From the IMG/VR virus record IMGVR_UViG_3300031840_000567: 64,000 nucleotides of DNA. The stretch is one strand, 5' to 3'. The number at the start of each line of letters is the position of its first letter. Within the stretch, counting starts at the first letter, position 1. The notes below the pieces were generated by a model. The model did no database searches and had not been told where the DNA came from. It saw nothing but the letters and a program-made list of their open reading frames with translations. Source of the DNA: an uncultured virus (IMG/VR IMGVR_UViG_3300031840_000567) (taxonomy: Duplodnaviria > Heunggongvirae > Uroviricota > Caudoviricetes). Below are positions 49,258 through 56,413 of this stretch, piece after piece. Position numbers and translations under genes: made by a program.

Positions 49258-49311
49258 ATTCTAGCACCCCACCACTAGAGCGGCAGGGTAGCTAGTCCGG
49301 TTCGAGAACTG
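49258..49311 (-). promoter_or_regulatory. early promoter with upstream palindrome
   Basis: CAGTT-CTCG-AACCG (49298-49311), 34 nt, TG-n-TAGAAT (49258-49263). Confidence 0.7.
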
Positions 49312-49526
49312 GTTGATTTCTCTAACCTTTTACAGAGATTTAAGGCAGACTGATAGTTACGGCAGACCTTGTATTGTCTGCCCTGATATACAACTACGAA
49401 TTTTTTGCTATTTCCAAGCGGGACCGCCGCCACTAACCCGTTTTTGCTCACATATCCAGAATATCTTAGTTGTGCATCAAGGATGTGAGTATTTGTATGA
49501 TAGACTGACTGATAGTTATCAGACAT
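49275..49526 (-). CDS. hypothetical protein
   Basis: 83 aa, GYVSK.G..AAVP, G.Q...CRN..SA. Confidence 0.65.
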   Translation of the reverse strand: MSDNYQSVYHTNTHILDAQLRYSGYVSKNGLVAAVPLGNSKKFVVVYQGRQYKVCRNYQSALNLCKRLEKSTSSRTGLATLPL

Positions 49527-49680
49527 TCATATTCACACGCATGATTTGCACATCACCATACTGAGATTCAACGATTTGTTCAGCACCTTGTTGATCTTGG
49601 CACTGAACATTAACAGTTTGCATTCCAGTCCTAGCAGAGTAGAATGTCACTTCAGCAGAGCGGTTGTTGTTTCCAAACAT
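49519..49680 (-). CDS. small hypothetical protein (53 aa)
   Basis: Hand-translated MFGNNNRSAEVTFYSARTGMQTVNVQCQDQQGAEQIVESQYGDVQIMRVNMNV. Confidence 0.6.
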   Translation of the reverse strand: MFGNNNRSAEVTFYSARTGMQTVNVQCQDQQGAEQIVESQYGDVQIMRVNMNV

Positions 49681-49695
49681 AATAAAAAGAGAGAA

Positions 49696-49860
49696 TTAAG
49701 CAGATGGGACGGTAGTTAGAACAGTTTCTATTCTACCATTAGGAACATCAATTGTAAACTGATCCTTAGCAGAGTCAACAGTATCTGCTAAGATTACTGC
49801 CTCTAATAGAGGTCCAGAACCATTGACTTTGTAAGAGATTGTGTGCTTGAACTTTGCCAT
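49696..49860 (-). CDS. small hypothetical protein (54 aa)
   Basis: Hand-translated MAKFKHTISYKVNGSGPLLEAVILADTVDSAKDQFTIDVPNGRIETVLTTVPSA. Confidence 0.55.
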   Translation of the reverse strand: MAKFKHTISYKVNGSGPLLEAVILADTVDSAKDQFTIDVPNGRIETVLTTVPSA

Positions 49861-49862
49861 TT

Positions 49863-51128
49863 TTATGCGAATGAGTGGGCGGGAAGACCATCAACAAAGA
49901 TGAGATCAATAACTTTTTGCAAACGATTGCGCGTTGCTTGTGATGCTTTGCCACACAGGGGGACAGTCACAACACCATGAGATTTACGATATTGTGAAAG
50001 CTTACCAGGAATAATCCTACCTTCAGCAATATCTTTTGCATCATCCTTATGTAGACGAATGACACGACCAATTGTCTGTGCCATCTCAATCACAGGCAGA
50101 TTACGCAGTAGAATAGTATGCGTTAGACCAGGAACATTGATACCCTCAGACAGAATAGAATAATGAAAGACGATGAACTTTTTCTGATCATCAGCACCCC
50201 ATTCTTGAAGAGTCTCAAAGAACTTATCACGACCTACTTTGTCACGATTGATATATGCACCATGCTTAGATGTGATGTGCATAATATCATAACCCATCTC
50301 ATTCAAACTATCAAGAATATCTGTACGAGAAAGCATTGCCCACAATACACGGGTGTTAGGTGCGGCAACTAGAATCTTTGCAGCATCATCATCACCAAGG
50401 TCATCAATAATGTCTAGTACCATCTCACGATCTACATCATGTGCATTATGCTTATTACGCACAAGTTCTGTCTCATGAACAACAAGCTCGGGAGGAATAA
50501 TGCTGCCATTGTTGATAAGTTCAGGAGCAGGAACAATCTCCAGAGTATTACCGAACACGACTTGATTGTTCATGCCATTTGCAAAAGGATTGCGAGAATA
50601 CTTAGGAGTTGCAGTAAAGAAATACGAATTAGATGCTAGTTGTGAAGTAGCAGCAACACCGACAAAGTGATTCTTTTGAATTGCATTGTGTGCCTCGTCA
50701 CAATACATAACATCGACTTTGATGCCACTGTCAACAACTTTATGCAAACTGTGATAAGTGGTGAAGATAAGTTGATGAACATTTACATTCATGCAAACAT
50801 CATCATGACGCTGAATTTGATCGACTTTAGTAGTCTTAAAATGAGAAGTCTCACCACTGTGAATGTGCATCACAGTAAAGTTGTTGTTGTACTCATAACC
50901 ATCGATATTGTCAAGATACTGCATGAACTCACTACAAAGTTGTGAGGCAAGCAGAATGCGAGGAGCAACGACTACGATAGTCTGAGCAACATTAGCTGCA
51001 TCAAGTCTGCGAACACAATCTTCCATCATGATGACTGTCTTGCCACCACCAGTAGGAACATAGACGCAACCTTTGTTATTACCAGCAAGAGCAGTGAGAG
51101 CGCGTTGCTGGTGTGGTCGTAGTTGCAT
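49863..51128 (-). CDS. SF2 DEAH helicase (ResIII-like), stand-alone
   Basis: Q motif LRPHQ, motif I PTGGGKT, II DEAH, III TAT, V LSEGIN.P, VI QTIGRVIR. Confidence 0.9.
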   Translation of the reverse strand: MQLRPHQQRALTALAGNNKGCVYVPTGGGKTVIMMEDCVRRLDAANVAQTIVVVAPRILLASQLCSEFMQYLDNIDGYEYNNNFTVMHIHSGETSHFKTTKVDQIQRHDDVCMNVNVHQLIFTTYHSLHKVVDSGIKVDVMYCDEAHNAIQKNHFVGVAATSQLASNSYFFTATPKYSRNPFANGMNNQVVFGNTLEIVPAPELINNGSIIPPELVVHETELVRNKHNAHDVDREMVLDIIDDLGDDDAAKILVAAPNTRVLWAMLSRTDILDSLNEMGYDIMHITSKHGAYINRDKVGRDKFFETLQEWGADDQKKFIVFHYSILSEGINVPGLTHTILLRNLPVIEMAQTIGRVIRLHKDDAKDIAEGRIIPGKLSQYRKSHGVVTVPLCGKASQATRNRLQKVIDLIFVDGLPAHSFA

Positions 51129-51150
51129 TGAAGTTCTGTCGTATGCAATA

Positions 51151-51204
51151 ATTATAGCAGATCCATATCTTTTCGCTTGTGTCCCGTGTCCAGTTTGCGA
51201 ACTG
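51151..51204 (-). promoter_or_regulatory. early promoter with upstream palindrome
   Basis: CAGTT-CGCA-AACTG (51191-51204), 34 nt, TG-n-TATAAT (51151-51156). Confidence 0.75.
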
Positions 51205-51313
51205 TCTTAGTATGTTCGTACCATGGATGCTCATAAGGTTGATTCATATTATTCTCTACCCATCTTTTAAGAGATTCATATCTCTCTTTCCAAATTAGTG
51301 CTTCTTCAGTCAT
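51152..51313 (-). CDS. small hypothetical protein (53 aa)
   Basis: Hand-translated MTEEALIWKERYESLKRWVENN... Confidence 0.5.
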   Translation of the reverse strand: MTEEALIWKERYESLKRWVENNMNQPYEHPWYEHTKTVRKLDTGHKRKDMDLL

Positions 51314-51506
51314 TTTTGTCTAATACTTCAATGTGTGATAGGAACGAGGAGGGATATTGAAACCATATTGATTGTGCTATATCCCAAGCATCAGTATTCA
51401 GTGACTCACCATTAGCTAATACAACTTTGTAGTTGTGTCTATCGTAGGGTTCATCACTAGAATTAGTGAAATAGCGAGGATCACTAGGATCAATTAGTTG
51501 AGTCAT
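51306..51506 (-). CDS. small hypothetical protein
   Basis: YF...S..PYDRH.YKVV...W.Q....LSHIEVLD. Confidence 0.7.
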   Translation of the reverse strand: MTQLIDPSDPRYFTNSSDEPYDRHNYKVVLANGESLNTDAWDIAQSIWFQYPSSFLSHIEVLDKND

Positions 51507-51654
51507 CTAATCTTGGTCTATGTCCATATTCTATCACAACCTCATCATGTTCAGTGTTGTCTGTTGTGACAGTTTTGTAAGTGATTGTATACTTCTCAGA
51601 TAGCAATCTAGCAGCAGTATGCAAAGCCCATGCTAATTCATTGTCCTTCGACAT
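51490..51654 (-). CDS. small hypothetical protein (54 aa)
   Basis: Hand-translated MSKDNELAWALHTAARLLSEKY...VVIEYGHR. Confidence 0.5.
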   Translation of the reverse strand: MSKDNELAWALHTAARLLSEKYTITYKTVTTDNTEHDEVVIEYGHRPRLDDSTN

Positions 51655-51844
51655 GTTTCTCTGCCTTTAATTGTCTGAAGTATAGTTTATAATAGTTTTT
51701 CTTTATAGATTCAATCTTGAGCATATCTTCTTCAAATCCTAGGTATTTAAGCATCTGATATGACCCCTCTAACTCACTGATTAGTCTTGCATAGTTAGCA
51801 GAACATCTCTCCTGTCCACCAAATTCATACTTACCCAACTCCAT
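51638..51844 (-). CDS. small hypothetical protein
   Basis: KYEFGG.ER...N..RLISELEGSYQ.LKY.GFEEDM. Confidence 0.65.
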   Translation of the reverse strand: MELGKYEFGGQERCSANYARLISELEGSYQMLKYLGFEEDMLKIESIKKNYYKLYFRQLKAEKHVEGQ

Positions 51845-52178
51845 ACAAGATTCCACCTTTGAATGTTAAATATCGTCGCGGAAGTGCCGCATAATGTGCA
51901 TCCCATTTTGCAGGATATACTTCTATCTCCTTATCTATGAATACGGGGCTAACTTTACCATGACAACCATTTGGAACTGGTTTTACTCTCTCCCATATAT
52001 TCTCTGCTTTCTCATTAATAATAAGATCGTGTGTTCCTTGATAATTAATGTCCCACAATCTACCTGCGGGATCTATCCAATACTGACACATGCAACACTC
52101 TAAATCCTTGGTCTGCAATTCTTTATGAAACCCAGCACCAAGGTCATAAGATGATTTTAGAGTATCAAACATGCCCAT
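51831..52178 (-). CDS. conserved hypothetical protein
   Basis: MGMFD....Y, QTKDL, YWIDP.G.L motifs. Confidence 0.7.
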   Translation of the reverse strand: MGMFDTLKSSYDLGAGFHKELQTKDLECCMCQYWIDPAGRLWDINYQGTHDLIINEKAENIWERVKPVPNGCHGKVSPVFIDKEIEVYPAKWDAHYAALPRRYLTFKGGILYGVG

Positions 52179-52179
52179 G

Positions 52180-52884
52180 TCATTGGTAGATATGAAACAT
52201 CATACCGTGATAACCAGAGTTGTACTTCTTACCTGATCCTTTCATTTGCAGATGGAACAGTTTAACTCCTTCAGCGGTATAAAAATGTAGTGTCGTATTA
52301 TTTAGAACCCACTCTCCACCCTCACATAGCTTTTCAAGTTTTGCAATGTCAATGAAGCGCATTTGATCACTTTTCTTATTGCGCCATATCATCTGACTCA
52401 CAGGATAACCATCATTAAGACCTTTACGAACAATCACATCAAAAATTGCCATCTTATTGGCGTTCATAAAGGTCATGAAGGCGTCTTTAATACCCTGAGG
52501 GATATTGTTAGCGTACACACGATTTTGACGAATCTCAGCGTCACTCAGAACGAGATCTTTATGGCGTAAAGAAATAGTAGACATACCATAGTTATTAGGA
52601 ACACCAAAGAACAACCTAATAAACAAAGCTGGAAAAGTCTCTTGAAGTCCAAAATACTCAATAAATTTACGAGAGGATAGTAATGCTACTTGAGTATGAT
52701 TCTTGCTTACATTCTTGACAGAATATGCAATACCAGAATCATTGTCATATACATCAACTTTGGTATCTGGGCGACCATTGACAACATGATCACCACCAAA
52801 TATCTCATTTAGATACTCAGGCAAACTGTGCTCAAACTTGTGACCCTCAGTTTTAGCAAGTCGTCCTGCTTCAGTTGCGTTCAT
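52180..52884 (-). CDS. PD-(D/E)XK restriction-endonuclease-like protein
   Basis: GHKFE (helix Glu), KVDV, YSVKN, QV and C-terminal LQMKG pattern, as in type II REase-like nucleases. Confidence 0.6.
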   Translation of the reverse strand: MNATEAGRLAKTEGHKFEHSLPEYLNEIFGGDHVVNGRPDTKVDVYDNDSGIAYSVKNVSKNHTQVALLSSRKFIEYFGLQETFPALFIRLFFGVPNNYGMSTISLRHKDLVLSDAEIRQNRVYANNIPQGIKDAFMTFMNANKMAIFDVIVRKGLNDGYPVSQMIWRNKKSDQMRFIDIAKLEKLCEGGEWVLNNTTLHFYTAEGVKLFHLQMKGSGKKYNSGYHGMMFHIYQ

Positions 52885-52905
52885 GGTTGCCTGTCTTATG
52901 CCTAT

Positions 52906-52959
52906 ATTATAGCAATTAGAACCACGCTGTCACTTCTTCTTGGTCCGCTTCTTAAAGTG
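52906..52959 (-). promoter_or_regulatory. early promoter with palindrome embedded in the 3' end of the halogenase-like gene
   Basis: CACTT-TAAG-AAGCG (52946-52959), 34 nt, TG-n-TATAAT (52906-52911). Confidence 0.65.
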
Positions 52960-54348
52960 TCCATCCATCATCGAATCTAACACAATTTCACCAAATTTCT
53001 CACTTGGTTCCCACAATGGTGACATGAGAGGATATTTGTTTGCATATGGAGCACCTAAACCATATACAGCTTGACAGAAACTTTGGTACGGACCTAACAT
53101 TCTATATGGTTCATCTGACTCATCTGTCATTCTCTGACGCAGAAAGTATTTGTCATCTGCTTCTGCTTGATACCTGAAATAATCAAGTCTAATGTTTTCT
53201 TCCTCAGGGATCTCGTCTAATTTTACATATACTTCTCTACGCTCAGTTGAGTGAAGATCTTTATCTTCCAAGAGTCTACATGCTTTCTCTCTAGTTTGAA
53301 CCCAGAAGTCAGAATGACGATACTTTGATCCAAACTGCAAGTAAAATGCCATGACTGCTGCTTGATCAATCTGACCATCTCTCCACCGATCTTCTACCTC
53401 AAGACGCTGTATATTGTTACAAGGTTTTTCATCATCACCAAAGATAAATTCTCCTAATGCTTCACCTAAATCAGTCTCAACATAACTACGGAACCCAGTT
53501 AAGTCATCATTCATACCTAACGCACGACCACAACGGGCATACATTCTATTTTTGTTGACACAATAGTCAGATGTTTTATGATCTGATTCAGTTTTCTTAT
53601 ATGAACAGTGTTTTTTAACTGCACAATGAGTATTAAAATCTTCTACTGCTTGCTCTTCAGTTGTAATATCACTGTCATATGAATATATCCATGTTTGTGC
53701 ATCTTGTGTAGGAACACCAGTCAAATATCCATGCTCAGTAGCAATGTATGCAGTGTAATCCCAATCACCAGGAATCTTACGATTAACCGTTAGCTTTGTA
53801 TCAGTTGGATTATATAATGCATCACTATATGACTCTTTATCCCACAGTCCACCTCTCACACAATCAACAATAAAATCAAACTCTTCACCATCAATATATG
53901 CTTTTCTATCTTCTTCTGAGAACCCAATAGTTTCAACTCTTTTATCAATTAAGTTAAGATTAAAGTGTTGATTTTGGAGATTTTCCCAATAGAACTCAAC
54001 AAACTTACCTTCATCGATGTGCATTGAGATCTCGGTGGGATCAAACATGACAAAGAAGTTCTTATCAATTCTATTACCAAACCCAATAAACTTTAACCCA
54101 AGTTTTTGAGTCGCATCAAATCTTTTATGAAAATCGAGTGTACTAATTGTGGTGTTGGTAGAAATAACAGTAAGCCAAAGTGTATTGACTTGCACTCCGA
54201 AGTTGTCAATTTTATGCGAGCAATCCCGTATCCATGTAATTTCGTCATCCTGGTATTCACTATCTTGTAGGTCTCTTCGCGAGATGAGTTGAGCAACAGT
54301 CGATACTGCATCTGCACCCGCACCGATGACAGCAATTTTCCTACTCAT
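52930..54348 (-). CDS. divergent tryptophan-halogenase-like flavoprotein
   Basis: KIAVIGAG, ATQKLGLKF, DFIVDC, T...A...G....P and Y..GSKY...FW pattern of PrnA-fold proteins, with degenerate signature motifs. Confidence 0.7.
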   Translation of the reverse strand: MSRKIAVIGAGADAVSTVAQLISRRDLQDSEYQDDEITWIRDCSHKIDNFGVQVNTLWLTVISTNTTISTLDFHKRFDATQKLGLKFIGFGNRIDKNFFVMFDPTEISMHIDEGKFVEFYWENLQNQHFNLNLIDKRVETIGFSEEDRKAYIDGEEFDFIVDCVRGGLWDKESYSDALYNPTDTKLTVNRKIPGDWDYTAYIATEHGYLTGVPTQDAQTWIYSYDSDITTEEQAVEDFNTHCAVKKHCSYKKTESDHKTSDYCVNKNRMYARCGRALGMNDDLTGFRSYVETDLGEALGEFIFGDDEKPCNNIQRLEVEDRWRDGQIDQAAVMAFYLQFGSKYRHSDFWVQTREKACRLLEDKDLHSTERREVYVKLDEIPEEENIRLDYFRYQAEADDKYFLRQRMTDESDEPYRMLGPYQSFCQAVYGLGAPYANKYPLMSPLWEPSEKFGEIVLDSMMDGHFKKRTKKK

Positions 54349-54374
54349 GCGTCTAAAATTATATCTTCGTCTAT

Positions 54375-54536
54375 TTAGTTAAAAACGGGTAGAATATCGT
54401 AGTCTTCAATTCCTTGCTCTTTTAGCACATTAATATACCAGATTACATCTTCTTGTCTGTAGAATACTGCCTTTTGAAATGAAGAGTATCCTTTCTTTGG
54501 GCGCTTCCAATGTAGAGCGAATTTCATTGAACTCAT
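54375..54536 (-). CDS. small hypothetical protein
   Basis: MKFALHWKRPKKGYSSFQKAVFY...ILPV; start trimmed. Confidence 0.6.
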   Translation of the reverse strand: MSSMKFALHWKRPKKGYSSFQKAVFYRQEDVIWYINVLKEQGIEDYDILPVFN

Positions 54537-54570
54537 AGCTATAGTTGTGCTGAACTTCGACAAAGTTACT

Positions 54571-55749
54571 CTACTTGGAATTCCAGGTCTTGTCAACCGT
54601 AATGTTAGCAAGACGAAACTCATCGTCAACAAACTTCATCATTGACTTGTCATTGTGAACAACATATCCCTCAGGACTTGTGGGAGTTTGACCGATAAAT
54701 GTCTTGATAGTGCGAACTTTGTTGAGTTGGTCAATGACCATTTTCTTAGCAGTACGAATAGAAATATACGCGGCAATCAAGAAGTACAACTCACGACGAT
54801 ACATAGCGATGAACATGAGACCATCAGTCTCCATGTTTTCGTATTTTTTCTGAGTTGCAGCAGTTTTCTTCTTGCCCCTCTCAGTTTGAATAGCAACTCT
54901 GTAGAATTGTGCAAACTCAGCAACCATTGTCTTGGCATTGACAACACCACGACCACCACGGATACGCTGATTGAAGAACTTTTTGAGAAGAAGGTGCATC
55001 ATTAGGTTAGATTTACCTTGACCTTGTAGGATGTCAAGAAACTTAGAAGATTGCTTTAGCGCACCTTGTGCGAGATTGATGTGAGCATTGAATGTATACA
55101 GATCTCTTTCATCAAAAAGAGAAGCACCAGTGGCATCAATAAAATTCGCACTGGCAACAAAAACATCCTCAGTAGAATGATACTTAGGGGCTTTTTTGAG
55201 AGGTACAACTTCCGCAGTCTGTAGAGTATCGCCCTTGTATTTTGTATGAAATACGATTCCAAGTTTGGAAAGATGAACGACAGAACCTGTACGGGAATGA
55301 CGATCAACAGCATAAGTAATAGTGTTAGGAGTGAAACAAATAACTCTGTTTCCACCGACAATACCGCTTCTCTTGTCTTCTTGAGTGAATAGTAAGTCAC
55401 CTTGAACAATACCAGAGATATTAAGTTGAGGAAGATATTCTAGACAATCTTTGAGCTTTGATGCAAGTTGACCGTTGTAAAAACGATCTACATCAGTGTC
55501 ATCAAAACAAATTTTAGGATTGACTTTGTTGAATACTGATTTAGTACCGACAAAGAAACGACCACTGACAGGTTCAGTGCCACAAATAATAGCTGGGGCA
55601 CCATCCCACTTGGTAGTGATATTTAAGTCACTGGACTTGCCAGATAACATATCACTGAACTGTCGGAGGAAAGTAACAACATTGAAACCGCCAGCAGTGC
55701 CGCTGTTCAGGATCTCGTCTTCTAGGTGCTCAAGGTGGGTGTTTTTCAT
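54571..55749 (-). CDS. DUF6267-like protein with covalent nucleotidyltransferase (ligase) motifs
   Basis: HLEHLED, TTKWDGAPA (KxDG), QGDLLF, PEGYVV, MKFVD. Confidence 0.7.
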   Translation of the reverse strand: MKNTHLEHLEDEILNSGTAGGFNVVTFLRQFSDMLSGKSSDLNITTKWDGAPAIICGTEPVSGRFFVGTKSVFNKVNPKICFDDTDVDRFYNGQLASKLKDCLEYLPQLNISGIVQGDLLFTQEDKRSGIVGGNRVICFTPNTITYAVDRHSRTGSVVHLSKLGIVFHTKYKGDTLQTAEVVPLKKAPKYHSTEDVFVASANFIDATGASLFDERDLYTFNAHINLAQGALKQSSKFLDILQGQGKSNLMMHLLLKKFFNQRIRGGRGVVNAKTMVAEFAQFYRVAIQTERGKKKTAATQKKYENMETDGLMFIAMYRRELYFLIAAYISIRTAKKMVIDQLNKVRTIKTFIGQTPTSPEGYVVHNDKSMMKFVDDEFRLANITVDKTWNSK

Positions 55750-55755
55750 GTCCTT

Positions 55756-55808
55756 ATTATAGCGTCTGTGGGGCGCTGTGGGGGCGTTAGTGGACAGTTC
55801 TTCATCTG
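55756..55808 (-). promoter_or_regulatory. early promoter with upstream palindrome (leaderless mRNA)
   Basis: CAGAT-GAAG-AACTG (55795-55808), 33 nt, TATAAT (55756-55761); ATG 7 nt downstream. Confidence 0.7.
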
Positions 55809-56404
55809 AACCCAGGACCAGTCGCCCAGACCACTAGAGAGCGTCTTGTGCCCCTAGTGATAGGTGTTACACGATGTAAAACATAGCTAGGAAATACTGT
55901 TACTATTCCTCTGTCATTTGCAATTGTATGAACTTCTCCATCATTAACTTGAAGTTCTCCACCATCATAATCATCAGGATCAGTTAGTTGTATTGACATG
56001 CTCAACTTTCTAGGTGGAGCATCACCAAGTATCATATTATCTACATGCCAACGATAGAAAGACTTATCATCATTGTAAACAGTATATTGAAGATGCTCAT
56101 GAAATCCATGAAGATCAAATCTCCAGTGCATACCATTCATACACCTAAGAATATTTCCTAGCCTGTCATATATCCATTCAGTCTCATCATTTAGCTCAAT
56201 CCATGAGTTTTTAGATTTTCTAATACTTTCTACTACTTCATTAGATTCATCATCAACACCAACTATGGATGCTTGAGGATTTAATGACTCACCATATCTA
56301 ATAATTCTGTCACACTCTTGTGGGGTGAATCCTTCTACCCAAGTTTCATATAAAATCTCCCCCATACCGAAATTGGGTGAGGGGGATAGACGATAAATTG
56401 ACAT
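55802..56404 (-). CDS. 2OG-Fe(II) oxygenase, prolyl-4-hydroxylase/PKHD-like
   Basis: F.P.EC..II, IRKS, LQYT.Y, WHVD (HxD), RKLS...QL, Y.GGEL, FPS..LHRVTP...G.R.SLV.W. Confidence 0.9.
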   Translation of the reverse strand: MSIYRLSPSPNFGMGEILYETWVEGFTPQECDRIIRYGESLNPQASIVGVDDESNEVVESIRKSKNSWIELNDETEWIYDRLGNILRCMNGMHWRFDLHGFHEHLQYTVYNDDKSFYRWHVDNMILGDAPPRKLSMSIQLTDPDDYDGGELQVNDGEVHTIANDRGIVTVFPSYVLHRVTPITRGTRRSLVVWATGPGFR

Positions 56405-56413
56405 AATAAAAAA

